A stretch of 64,000 nt of DNA, taken from positions 99,698,001 to 99,762,000 of the forward strand of contig NC_087472.1 of NCBI RefSeq assembly GCF_036321535.1, written 5' to 3'. Shown here piece by piece: positions 28,228-40,929 of the stretch. This DNA is from Camelus dromedarius (lineage: Eukaryota). Within the stretch, counting starts at the first letter, position 1. Each line of letters opens with the position of its first letter. The notes beneath the pieces were generated by a model, which was not told the DNA's origin, did not search any database, and saw nothing but the letters and a program-made list of their open reading frames with translations. The position numbers were made by a program, and so were the translations under genes.

Positions 28228-29935
28228 GTGGTGTTTGGAGAACCCGTGAAGCTGCTGGTAGTCAAATCTGAGCTGCCGGCCCTCTGAAGAAGCTTCTGTC
28301 GTCCTTAACCTCTGAATACCAATTATTAAATCGATATGTAACCGTATTCCTAGTTAGTGTGTCAAACACAGGCCACTCTTGGTAGAACCTTGAGATGTTG
28401 GCCTTGTCGGGCTTTAGCAGAGTTTCATGTTAACGGTTCTATTTATGAGCTTTGGCTGCTGATACAGCGCTCCCTGTACTGCCTCGTCATCATAGTGACC
28501 CTCTCAGTACCCGAGTGACCTCGGCTTGGAAATTCACCTTATAACCATTCTTCTTCCCAAAGTTGGAGCATATAAATGTTTAGATCTCTTTTCTTGTAAA
28601 TAGTCTAGATATGTACCCAGACTCTACTTAAGCATATTCTGAACTTGGGCTGCATATCTCCCTGTCTGTGTTTAGAAGGAGAAGAAATTCTGGAGGGTTC
28701 CCCCCATCTCTGGGGTTTCTTTGTTGGAAGTTACTCTCCAGAAGCTGCTTTTTATTATTAAGCTTAGCCACCTGCAAAATGTGTTGTTCCACATTCATTA
28801 CTCCTTGGGAGGCTAGTGGAGTAAGTCTGGTTGTGGAAGGAAGCCTTTAAACAGTGTGGAGTGCTGTCTGCTCTCTTAGGCATATTCTTCTAGACATGGG
28901 CGCCTGACTCTAGCAAGGACCTTCTCATACTGCACCTTGAAACCTCCGAGCTGTAGTCACTCCAAACCTTCGAGTGGCTTCTGGACTGAATGAGTTGTGC
29001 ATCTCCTGCACAGGTGGTTGGTTTTCATGTTGCTGCTGTTGTTTTTTCCCTTGAATCTTGAGGCTTTTGTTTGTTTATTGGCTCAACTCTAATAAAACCA
29101 GGCACAAGTGAAAATCGTAGTGCTCTGAAGCAAGGGGGCCCTGAACTGGACCCAGTATGTCACTTCAACAGACTTGAATGTAAAAACATCTGGAATGGGG
29201 TACAAATGACACTAGAATGTATACTCCACACGTCTTATGCCATATAATAATGTGTTTTCTTATTTGATTTCTTGTGGTGAAATGTGACTTTCAGATTAAA
29301 GTAACCTTTTCTTCTTTGAAACCTTTTCTTTGTCTTGTATGATAAAGAGTTTGGAAAGATCCCACAATTCTGACTGAGGTTTGCAACCAGGAGATGTAAA
29401 GAATTGTCAATAGTAAGCTTGTTCATGTGCTTTTAAAACCAGCTACAGTTTTAAGACTGTGTTAGTTACGGACACTGTGTATGTTTGTGTACGTGTATAT
29501 ACCAAATAAAATATATGGCTCCAGTAATCCAGTGCCATTGATCTTGATGAATATCGGGGAAAATTCCTTTTATGACAAGCACACAGAAAATGATAGCATG
29601 GTCTGACTTTCCAAAAAATGCTTCGCCATCTTTCTTACAGCCCTGTTTTGCTTAATGTCTGTTTTGTTGTGATCTGTTGTACCTCACAGCACCATTGTGA
29701 TCGTGGTGATGCCTCATTTGCATGATGTGTACATTGCGTTCACTGGGAAATACATTTTTGTTGAAGAGTCTGATGGCGTGCTATTGTGTTGTTTGTTTCT
29801 GTAGGTTCAATGAAAAAAATGTGCTGAAACCAAACCAGATACTAGATTTTTAAAAACCTATTTGGAAAAAAACCCCCAAAATCCTGTGTGGGTGTCCTTA
29901 CCCTGTCAAACTCATTAAAATTCCTCTATTGTCAG
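28228..29935 (+). other. MAP7D2: Probable non-coding terminal exon (3'UTR) of MAP7D2
   Basis: Acceptor tttgtttttgaattgacacag|GTG at 28227/28228; repeat-free UTR-like sequence; poly(A) signals AATAAA 29091, AATAAA 29505 and ATTAAA 29914. The 3' end is inferred. Confidence 0.65.
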
Positions 29936-30679
29936 TTCCAAGTGAAACCAACAGTGGAAATAAGCCTCAGTGATGAGCTGTCCCTGGACAGCATGACCTT
30001 CTAAGTACAGTGAAGTTGCTGTACTTTCATACCATCGATGCAAGGGATTTCTAGCTAGCTAAGATGCAGTTAACCTTAATGTAATCTACAAAAACATTCC
30101 ACAGAGCAATCTGGCATTTTAAACACAATTATAATGGGAGTGGCGACCCCTATTTTCCAGTAAGCTGAAACCCACAGCAACTTTCTTTTCCTTTTTTTGA
30201 GTCTAAATCATGGCTTTCCTACATACAGCCTGGGAGACAGTACCAGTCAAGGCCAGGAGCCGGGGGCCAGGACTGGAAAGGGGACGTTGGATCCCTTGTG
30301 GTAACTTTTGGGCTGCCATCTCCAAAGCCGAGGGCCCAGTCAAAGCAGCCCTCCCCAGCTCAGCTGACATCCTAACTCTTTCTGTGTGCTGGCTTTTGAC
30401 AGTGGCATTACCAGTAGCTTCTATTATCATCAGCTCTGGCCAGAGGGTCACAGTAGTGGCCAGTCACTCCTAAGAGAAATTTCTGCTTTGTGAACATGGT
30501 AAATTTTTCTTAGTATGTACAGGTTTCGTATTAGTCAAATGCTTTTATAAATCTTTTTTTACATTTGGAAACCAAATGTAAAGAACTAGCTTGGTTCTAG
30601 ACCTATACCACATGGGAGCGCAGCACAGGGGGCCTCCATGCCCACTCTCCAGCGTCATTCAGAAAGCACAGGTATGTAA

Positions 30680-31190
30680 ACAAATGGAGCGAGAACTCTT
30701 AGCAACATTAGAAAATAGAAGACTTTACAGATAGTCTTTTTATGGGGAACCCAAAAGAAACAACTGGAAAACGCAGGATAATTTCACAGGGGAGCCAACT
30801 ACTGAATGAAGAAAAACCAATAGTTTTCTTACATATTAACAATAAGCAAGAAATGGATCCCAACAGGCTTTATCTAAAACCTGACCAGGGGACATTAGAA
30901 TAGACATAAATGGAAAGACACGCCATGTCCCCAAATGGGAAAAGCTGCGCATATGAAGAAGACTAGTATGTGACCCTCACGTTTGTGTAAATTAAATGAA
31001 GTTCCAGTCAATGGGATTTGTTTTGCAGCTTGAAAATACAATTGTACAGTACATGGAAGACAACACAAATATGAGAAACTTAAAAATATATAAGACATCC
31101 ATCATTAACACAGTGTAGTCTGCTAGAGAAATAGAATTTGAAATAGAAATAGAGATTGGTGGCATACCCAAGAGACAAGAATTTAATGCA
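30680..31190 (+). mobile_element. Highly degraded L1 ORF2 fragment
   Basis: A-rich text such as 'aacccaaaagaaacaactggaaaac' and 'cataaatggaaagacacgccatgtcc...tgggaaaag' resembles the L1 RT-distal region. Confidence 0.55.
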
Positions 31191-31556
31191 TGATGGAGCC
31201 AGAGTGGACCATTTGTTCCTGGAGAGAGAGCACGTGGTTTAGTGTCTCCTGGGACCTGAGTTTAGCACCTCTACTGGGGTGGGGATAAGGACCCAGGAGT
31301 CAGTGAGGAGATGATAAAGACAGGAGTGGGGTCCAAGGTGTGGGTGCCAATTATGGTTTAAGTCGGGGAAAAATTTAGACACAAGGCTTGGCACCAACCT
31401 CTAAAGCTCTTGACTGATGCCTCCCCCTCCCCAGAGTACACCGGATCTCAGGAGGCAGAAAGTGGCGGCCTCTGCTCCCTGTGGTTTTAAGTTTCTGTGG
31501 GGAGGGGACCTTAACAGCCAGCTCGTCCTGAGTTCCTGCTGGACGCGAAGTGTTCC

Positions 31557-32083
31557 TGTAATAGAGGAGAACAAATCTGACTCTATATTGGATCTGTTCC
31601 TTTAGTTTTAACCACTGTGCCCTGCTTTCTAGGCTTAGTCTTGCTAGCTCTGCACTTTTTGAAAAAAAAGGGTTGCCTTTAGCCTGAAATATACAGGAGA
31701 GCCTATTCTCAGGGCTCTGACCTTTAAGGATGTTAGCACTTCTGCACTTACGTGGAGATGGCAAGTTGCAAAATAGAGAATAACCTTTTGTTTTGTTAGA
31801 AGTTTATAGGGACACCATGACCTGGCCCACGTGGACAGCTGCAAGAACAAAGAATGCCTGCAGCTAGAAGTTTGCAACAACCAACCACACCCCCTCCCTT
31901 GGTTTTTTGTATAAAAGGAGCCTGTATTCTGACTAGAGCAGGATGGTTCTCCAAGACATTAGTCTGTCATCCTCTTGGTCTGCAGGCTTTCTGAATAAAG
32001 TCGCTATTCTTTGCCCCAACACCTCGTCTTCCGATTTATTGGCCTGTCGTGCGGCGAGCAGAACGAGTTTGGACTCGGCAACA
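31557..32083 (+). mobile_element. ERV1-class solo LTR, well preserved
   Basis: Begins TGTAATAGAG, ends GGACTCGGCAACA; TATAAAA at 31910, AATAAA at 31994, U5 'ctgtcgtgcggcgagcagaacgagtttggactcgg'. No clean TSD seen. Confidence 0.8.
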
Positions 32084-33653
32084 GTCTCAAGACATGACCG
32101 AGCTGTGAGGTAGGTCGGAGAGGGTTACTTATCCAACAGCTGGAACTTGGCAGAGCCGGGCTTGACCCTGGGGCCCCAGCTTTGGTGTCCCCAGGGGAGT
32201 TGACAGGCTGCCCCGCCCCTGAGAGCCGAAGTGTTTTGCTAGAGCAGGTGCTTACAGCTGAGAAGGGCCAGAACTACCTGTGGAGAAGCCAAGCTCTGAG
32301 TATGCTTTTATTAAAAAAAACTGCTGAGCTACTGTTCACATACCATAAAAATGCCTTCCTTTTAAAGTAAACAGCTGTCTGATTTATTCACAAAGTCATG
32401 TAACCATCACCACTATCTAATTCTAGAATATTTTCATCTGAGTGTGCTTTTGCAAGGGTTCCTTCCCCATCTGTCTACTCACCAGCAGCAGACCTTGGCT
32501 TTCCCAGTTAGTCCCAGTTCCCATTGCATCTGGAAGCAGGAACATGGGGTTTGAAAACAACATTCCCTACACCAGTCCCCACCACCCGAGTTTCCAGCCG
32601 GCCAAACTAGGGTGATGTTTATCTAACTCACTTCACGTGGGCTGCTGTACGTTGTTTCACATTCTCTGTGCATAAGTGTTAAATCTATAATGCCAAACAT
32701 GGGCTTATTCATCAGATGCCCAGCACGGGCCTTTTAGGCCGACTAGAGACGCGGAGCAGTGAGAGCCTGCCTTTAGCTTGGTGGTAAGGAGGTGAGAGCT
32801 GGGTACAGTTAGGAAACGCCCAAGTTGAATTCTTCCAGCTGGCCCTGAGGGGTGGTTGGCATTAGGGGAAAGGTCTAAGCGGCCAGCCTTCTGGACTTTT
32901 CCAAGGAAGTATTAAGGCAGACTTCCCCGTCTCAGCTCACTTGAAAAGCAAAATGCAAGGAGCAGAGTCCCAAGGAATTAAACTGTTGTGTAGAGTAACT
33001 TCTTTTTTGAATTAGTGCCAGCAGCTCTCTGGTGGCTGTACTTGTCTTTTAATCACACTTCCCTAGCGGTGTGCACATGCTTATCTTTGAAACAACCAGA
33101 AAGTTGTCAGCAAAGGAGTGTTAGCGAGGGAGGTGTGGGTCCTGCACGGTAGGTGTTCGCAGAGCTTGTGGGTTGAATACAGCCCCCACAGTGGGTCTCC
33201 AAGGTTGTTCTAGGACAAACTGAATCTTAGTGGTATCACTGGGAGGGAAGAATGAATTCCATTTGCTCAGTGAACCTGCCCTCAGAAGGGTTCTCAGGGA
33301 CCACCCCTGTACAGTGACAGCCTGATGACTGGTATGAGGGATTCAGGGTTCATTGATGGTAAGAAATTATCCAGAACATGGGAATAAAGCCAAAAGATAA
33401 CTGTGTGCCTTTCCTGTGAGCATGTCTCAACAAGGCAGCCCGAGGGGCCCCTGAATCTCAGGGACTGTAGCCTCATATGACTGCCCGTGCACTGTGAATG
33501 GGGACCTAGTCTCTGGAGTTATTCACCGGTAGGTAGAAAGTTGCAGATGACTTTTATTCTATAGAAAAGCTAACTCCAAAGGTTATGCATAGGGCACTAA
33601 GCAATTTCGTGTCTCACTTTGCCATCTCATTCCAGCATTCTTCTCCCCACTCA

Positions 33654-33681
33654 GTGTGTGTGTGTGTGTGTGTGTGTGTGT
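33654..33681. repeat. (GT)14 microsatellite
   Basis: Perfect GT run read directly. Confidence 0.95.
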
Positions 33682-33780
33682 ATTGCCATGCATACACCTA
33701 CATCTGAGTGCACAGAATAATCAGTTCCATGTCCTCCCTCCATCCAGCCTTGTCTTCCTGCTCCTTAATGAGTGAAGCAC

Positions 33781-33990
33781 TGTTGCAGAGGAAGAAAACT
33801 TAACCTCTACCCTTCTAGGTTCTTTTGGCTCATCTAAGAATTAAATTGACATGAGACAGATTAATAGGAAAAAATCAAATTTAATTCATATGTATGGGAA
33901 CACCACATACAGCAGCAGTTCGGAGAAAGAAGGATAAAATGAGGTCTGTATGGCATCTGAGCTGAGGAGTGGGCTAGGGGCCTGGGCTGC
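33781..33990 (-). mobile_element. ERV1-type LTR fragment
   Basis: 'tgttgcagaggaag...ctctacccttctaggttc...ctaagaattaaattgacatgagacagattaatagg' resembles the antisense end of an ERV1 LTR. Confidence 0.55.
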
Positions 33991-34651
33991 TGTATTTATG
34001 TCCCAATTATGCTTTGAACCTTTGGGAAGTTAGACTTGGACAATGAGGAAGACTTAAGTCCTCAGCAGGCTTCGGGAAAGTTGAAACAGCTGCTCTAACG
34101 GCCTGAAAGGTTCATAGTCAGTGCCAGTGTCCCAGATGTCGTGGTGCACCCCCTGGATGGCCCTCCCCTTTAGGACTGAGGTATTTGTCCTTCCAGATGC
34201 TGGAGGTACAGTTGCTGAGGCTGCTGGTGGAGTTCTTCTCCAAGAATTGCTCTTGACTGAAGGAGGCTGCCTCACCAAGGTTAAATGCCATCAGGCAGCC
34301 AGTGGATAAGCTGGATCCTGACTGGAGGATTCGGGTGTCTGAAGACCCTTGCTTGCCTCAAGGTAGGACAACTCAGAAGGGCTGTCCCATCTTCAGGGCT
34401 CCCTGTGGGTTCACTGGAGGCCTTTGCTGAGAATCACTGCAACACAAGTTCTCGCTGCTGCTTCCCTTGCCCCCTCCCCCACCCCCGTGCCCGCATCCCG
34501 CCCCCAGCACTCCCCAGGCACTTCCTGCGCACTAGCTGGTCTCGGAGTCTGTTCCTGGGGAACCGGACCGGGGCCAGCTAGGCATTGTGCTAAGGACTTT
34601 ATGCAGTCTCTCTCTTAATCTTAAGAAGGGCTTTCTGAGATAGGGCTTTCT

Positions 34652-35451
34652 TTTTTTTTTTTTTTTTTAACATTTTTTATTGATTTATAATCATTTTACA
34701 ATGTTGTGTCAAATTCCAGTGTTCAGCACAATTTTTCAGTTATTCATGGACATATACACACTCATTGTCACATTTTTTTCTCTGTGAGTTATCACAACAT
34801 TTTGTGTATATTTCCCTGTGCTATACAGTGTAGTCTATTCTACAATTTTGAAATCCCAGTCTATCCCTTCCCACCCTCCACCCCCCTGGTAACCACAAGT
34901 CTGTATTCTCTGTCTGTGAGTCTATTTCTGTCCTTTATTTACGCTTTGTTTTTGTTTGTTTGTTTGTTTTTGTTTTTGTTTTTTAGATTCCACATATGAG
35001 CGATCTCATATGGTATTTTTCTTTCTCTTTCTGGCTTACTTCACTTAGAATGACATTCTCCAGGAGCATCCATGTTGCTGCAAATGGCGTTATGTTGTCG
35101 GTTTTTATGGCTGAGTAGTATTCCATTGTATAAATATACCACATCTTCTTTATCAGTCACCTGTTGATGGACATTTAGGCTGTTTCCATGTTTTGGCTAT
35201 TGTAAATAGTGCTGCTATGAACACTGGGGTGCAGTTGTCATCCTGAAGTAGATTTCCTTCTGGATACAAGCCCAGGAGTGGGATTCCTGGGTCATATGGT
35301 AAGTCTATTCCTAGTCTTTTGAGGAATCTCCACACTGTTTTCCATAGTGGCTGCACCAAACTGCATTCCCACCAGCAGTGTAGGAGGGTTCCCCTTTCTC
35401 CACAGCCTCTCCAGCATTTGTCATTTGTGGATTTTTGAATGACGGCCATTC
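34652..35451 (-). mobile_element. Young 5'-truncated L1 (about 0.8 kb) with pure poly(A) tail and perfect 18-bp TSD, inserted in a MIR
   Basis: T run at 34651-34668. TSD TCTGAGATAGGGCTTTCT at 34634-34651 and 35452-35469. Encodes the ORF2 cysteine-rich end ([18 protein letters not shown]...[10 protein letters not shown]...[10 protein letters not shown]). Confidence 0.95.
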
Positions 35452-36454
35452 TCTGAGATAGGGCTTTCTGTGTTGCCATGCTCATTTTACCACGAAGGCC
35501 AAGACAGGTGAAGTCCAAGGTCATGTCCAGCCAGGAAGTGCACAGCTGGGCTCCACACCCAAGGTTTGCTTTGCAGCCTGTGCTTGCCCTGGCCCCCGAC
35601 ACTGCAAAGTTCCTGCCTGGGACATCGCACAGACCCAGCCCCTGAGAGGCTCTTGCCAGTCTCCACATCCCCCAGCGATCTTTGCAAGTGTCCCCATTGT
35701 TATCATCCAGCTTCCCTCACCAGAAGTTGTTGCTGACTTTGCAAATCCCTAAGAATCTTCTGCGCAGGGCATTTGCTCTATCTTTCTATCGCTCAGGCCA
35801 GCAGAATACTGACATCCTCCATCTGGGGGCACAGACAGTTGGTAAATTTTTTTCCTCATCCAGGAGGAAACCAATATCATAGATGCTCATTTATTAAGCA
35901 GTTAGGTATGAACCCCTACTCCGTACTCTGTGCCAAGTGTTTGCTAAGGATAGGGACGGAGCAGAGAACGAAGCCAGATATTGTCCCCACCCTCCTGGAG
36001 CCCATAATCCAGCAGGGGAGGGAGACAGTGGACAAATAATTTAAGAAGTTATTATTTGAGATTGTGATGGGTGATGATGTCAGGTCTGCTGTTCTGCATT
36101 TTCGTATCATTACCGTTTGTGATGAGACATTTATTTGTGCGGTCCTTTGAACAATGTCTCTCTCCCTCACTGTAAGCCTCCTGAAAGCAGGACTGCCATG
36201 TTCCCACCACCTAACACAAGTGTTCAGTAAATATCTGTGAGTGCATCAGTTTTTACTGAAGAAAGCTCTGGATGAAAATCCATGACCTCTGATCTACATG
36301 TCTTTCTGCCCACCCACATTCCATCACGAGATGACAGTCTCAAGGATCCTAGGTTTTGTGTTGGCTTTGGATCCTCAGCACTTAGAATGCCACCTGTCAC
36401 AGAGTAGCCCCATCATAAATCTTTGTTGACTGATTTTTAAAAAATTGAGAATAA

Positions 36455-37250
36455 GTATACCAGTTGGGATGGTTTCACTCCACACAAGAGCAAGTGGCTT
36501 CAGTACTAAGGGTATTACTCACACATAACATATAAGAAGCTCCAAGACAGCTCAATGACATCAGGATTCTGGGGCAGCACTTCTTCAAGTTTCTTGGCTC
36601 TTAGGAAGGTTGCTACGGCACCAGCATCCCATCCTCAATGCCACTGTGTCAAAGGTGTGAAACGATTAGTAGCCGGCTGCTCTTCGTACCGCTCGCCCCT
36701 TCTATCAGAAAGGAAACTTCCCCTTGGCCAGTTCTCATTGGCCAGTATAGGTCTTACACTGACCCATAAACTGATCACTAGCCAAAGGGAAGGAGATGAT
36801 CACGTGCATTAGTGAAGGTAACGCTAGCTTCTCTAACAGCCCCGGCCCCCACCAAGATGCAGAATGTCTCACATACAACGGAAACGTTTTCTCCCTCATG
36901 TGAAGTCCAAAACAGATTTGCCTTATTACAACTCTCCTTGGAGCGGGAATTCAGGCACTCGGCCCCTTCCATCTTGTAGTTCCCTCATCTTCCAGTTTTA
37001 TCATGTTTTTCTGCATCAGGCTGACAGAATAGGGAAAGAGTACAGAGAAGACACACTGCTTCCCAACCACCTTGCCCTCTAAGGCGCACATATTTCCACT
37101 CATATTTCATGGGCAAGAACTATTGCCCCACTTAGGTGCAAGGAATGCTGGAAAGGAGAGTCCCTGTCTGGTTTGTTTCTTACCAAGGATCTTGCTATAC
37201 TATGTAAGGGAGAGCATAAGTAATTTGGTGGCTAGCTGGTGGTCTCTGAC
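36455..37250 (-). mobile_element. Degraded MaLR (MLT1J/K-like) LTR fragments
   Basis: 'cagctcaatgacatcaggattctgggg', 'ttctcattggccagtatagg', 'gcaaggaatgctggaaag'. Boundaries are approximate. Confidence 0.45.
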
Positions 37251-38686
37251 TGAGACCAGAGCTGTCCGATGGAAATACAACGTGAGACCCATTTGTCATT
37301 TTCACTTTTCCAGTAGGGGGCCTGCGAAGAGAGAAGCAGTAAATATTTTGATTGTATTCTTGTAAAACCTACCACAGGGTCCATTATCTTCTCTTGCCCT
37401 ACCAGTCTAAGGGAGAGTGAGAACTGGTGTGAAAAATTATGTAGAAGCTGTGGGGTACCTAATATAGAGTTAAAACAAAGCAAATTTATCAGGCAAATGA
37501 AATGTTTGAGAGCTTAATGATTTTTAAACTGGTGTCTGGGTTGTGCCGGGACATGAACTCAGACTGCTTATGGGAGGAAAAGATATGTGAACTGAATCTA
37601 TCAAGGATTTGAGGGCAGAGCTTCAGAAGGAACACTAAAGATTTAAGTAAGGAGAATAATAGACTTTAAAAAATTATTTTGCAAGACAACTGTTTTAAAC
37701 CTCACCTCACCATTCCTTTTGGCCTTGCATCAATGTAGGTTGTTCACATCAATCCAATCTTTTCTTTTTCAAAATAATTGCTGAGTTGTGACACACTGTT
37801 TTAAAACCACAAATACTGTATGACTTTCAGAACCAGGGCCAAGCCACTTCACATACTACATTACAAAAGAGTTCATCAGAAATAATTTATGGGACCAGAG
37901 GGCTGGTCGCAGCTACCAAATCTTGTTTAGGAATTTGTCCCCCATCTCAGTAGGTAAACAGACATAAAGGCAGTGACTAGAATGAACAAAAAAGGAATCT
38001 GCAACATAAGCCTGTCTAAAAACATTTTCTTCCAAACAATATAAATCGTTTCTGTTTGTGCTCCATGCTTGACAAAGCCCTTTAAAAAGTAAAGGTAAAG
38101 AAAGGACAGGATCCGCAAAAAAGTGCCTATATAATGGGATGGAAGAAAAAGAGGAGGAATCAGGGCCAGCTAAGCATGATACATCAAATTTCATTAACAT
38201 TATTAAGCAACACAACCAAAGTCAGATAGTTCAGAAAAGAGAAAACTCACCTGGTTCTGTCAGTCCCGGGTTATAAGGACTCGTGTCGATGCTGAAGCCA
38301 TGACCAGCACAATACAAACTATCTAGACGAAAACTATGAGGAAAATCTGGGTCAACAGCATTGTCAAGGGATGAGAAAGCTATTTGTCCTACTTCTTCCT
38401 AATTATCTTATTCTCACATCAGCATTTAAAAAAGAAAGCTATACAGAGGGACTGCTGGAGGTACAGGTCAGGGCAGCTGGCAGGTTTCCCCAGAAGCAGT
38501 GTCCCTCCAAAAAATGACAATGACAGTAGGCCCTTGGTCTAAGTCTGTATCAAAGCCTGATTCTCTCTCTCTTTTTAAATTTGGTGCCTTTTTTCTGGCT
38601 TAAGAATTAGTAGTTTAAAAACTACTCTGTATTTTATCAAGCCTCTATGTCCATCTACTGGTTCTTAGGGAACACAAGCCATAGGG

Positions 38687-38778
38687 AAGTGGTTCTCAAA
38701 TTTAAGCCTGTTTCAGAATCCCCTGGAGGGCTTGTTGAAACTGTGCTGGACCCCACCCCCAGAACTGCTGATTCAGTT
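38687..38778. mobile_element. MER5A fragment (hAT-Charlie)
   Basis: 'gtggttctcaaattt...tcagaatcccctggagggcttgttgaaac...ccccacccccaga...ctgattcagt'. Confidence 0.8.
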
Positions 38779-39394
38779 TTGAAGGAGAAGCTTTAAGATT
38801 CAATGCATGGTCCCGCTTTTGCTCCTTTTCTTCTCATATGCCACCAGTAATGTTTCAGGGTCAATTTCTTCACCCTGGGTCCCAGAGAGAAGAACCAAAG
38901 CTGACCCATGATGAACCTGAAGTATAAGTCAAAAGTAAACATCTGTGGTTATGAGCCACTGAGATTTGGGGATTGTTATCCTAGCATAATTTATTCTTAT
39001 TAATACAGAAACCTTGTGCTAAGCATACTTGGCATTCTGCAGCAGATTTGGCTTTGCATGAAAACCAAGGAAAAATAAAATAAACGGAAAGGCAGATAAT
39101 ATTTCATTTCTCTTCAGCTTGTTCTGTATATGTATGTGTGTGTGCCATTCATATACACACCAAAAGCTATGCGACCTTGCGCAAACTATTTAACATCTCT
39201 GTCTACACAAGCAGCATATAGGGTTGACCAGTTTAGCACCTTTTTGCAAGAAGATAGGACTTCTATAAAACCAGAATGGAAATTCATAAGGAACTGAAAG
39301 GGTGAGATGGGAAGTCAATAGGATGACTTGAAAGAGGAGAGGGGAGGGGGTGGGGAGGAAATGATGGAAGGAAACAAACAAAAAAATCCCAATA

Positions 39395-39700
39395 ATAGAA
39401 TTCAAGTAGAAACAGAGGCAGAAATAATGCTTTGGGAGATCTTATCAGTAATATTGAAAGCAAATTTGAGGCTACCAGAATGTTGAAAAGGGGTAGAGAG
39501 ATGAAAATGATAAGACAGAGAACTACCACAAATAATTTGTCTTCCTAAAAGAGAGATCAGAACAACTGGAGCAGAAACCACTCTGGAAAGTAGAATGGAA
39601 GAAAACCTTCCTGAACTGAAGCATATATATGCAGATAAAAAGGTCTCACACCTTTTAGCTAGACAGAAGGGGCAATGGAGTGGAAGCAAAAGCAGTATTC
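39395..39700 (+). mobile_element. Ancient L1/HAL1 ORF1 fragment
   Basis: 'atggaagaaaaccttcctgaactgaag' = MEENLPELK, matching the L1 ORF1 'ENFPEL' motif. Confidence 0.5.
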
Positions 39701-40929
39701 ATTATAAACAGCAAACATTTCAGCAATAGCCACAGCATTGAGTACAGGAGGAGAGAGGCTAGAGAGGTCAGTATGAACCAGGTAATGAAAGACTGTATAT
39801 ACTGTGCTGAGGAATTCTCTCTGCAAAACAGGAAGCAAAATCATGTGAGAAGAGAGGGAAATGATCATTGGTATGGGGCTTAAAGAGAGTGCTAAGGGTT
39901 AGTAACAGCAATTATTGGAAGTGAGAAATGTCACATAAAAGGATTCCTAAGAGGCAATGAGGCTCTCCACTGCAGTGGGTGTCCATCAGTTTTCAGTGGT
40001 TTAATTCTGTTATAGTTGTGTAGCTTTTTCTTCCCTAGCAGTGCTTGGAAACACAGATGTAAGCATGGAAAATGCAGATAACTGGAATGTTTCAGGATGG
40101 CAGTTCGATGTTAGGTTGTGTCAAAGGGCAATTCAAGGGGCTCTGCTTTCAAGAGTGGTCGAAGTCAAAGACCATGAGCTGTAGTCAGGTAGAAGGTTCA
40201 GAGGATGTGAGAGCTCTGTGGTTTTTGAAGAACAAGTATTTTGGGACTAAGGGGGAGAGAGTACTGCAAGGATGAGGACCTTGAGTCCAACTAAATGGGA
40301 TTTGTAAACCTAAGGTTTTAGATACGGAGCAGTACAAAGTGATGCATGTCTTGATTTTCTAGAATGGGTGCTTGGAAATGGGTGGATAAAGTAGAATAGA
40401 GGGAAAGTCACCTGGATTGAGGAAGTTAAGGAAACATGGTTTAGTCATGGGTGTTGGATTCATCAGGATGATGGCAGTAATTCAGATGGAGAAGGAAAAC
40501 GAATGCAGTAGGTAGACGACAGTGACAAGGGTCCAAGATGGCGTGGACCCTGAAAGAGAAATCTTGCAAGGGGTAAAAAGAATGTCAAAGTGTCAAGTGA
40601 GAAAGCTCCAAGCTTGAGGACATACCACCTTTGGGGTGCTGGATGGAGTATGGGAGGAGAGAAATCAAGAGAGTGGACAAAAATGAGTCAGTATTTTGAA
40701 TTGCATGGCGGAAAGATGTTGGCACCACAAACCTGTTTGGGAGGTCCAGAGGGGAGGTTTTGTTTTCCGGGTAGAAGCTTGGTTTGAGGCCATGGGGAAT
40801 GATTAGAGACTGAGTAGGCAGGAGAGAGGCCACAGTGGTACAGGTTCAGGTGGGCTGGCCCTGGAAGGGCTTTTGAGAGCCAAGCCAGGGCCAGAAGGCC
40901 GAGGCTTATCTGCTCCGCTCATCTGCACA

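Noticed and set aside
35153..35668. 171-aa ORF fusing flanking sequence to an L1 ORF2 cysteine-rich domain
   Set aside because: A chance in-frame junction at a 5'-truncated L1, ending at a frameshift; no promoter or splice support seen.
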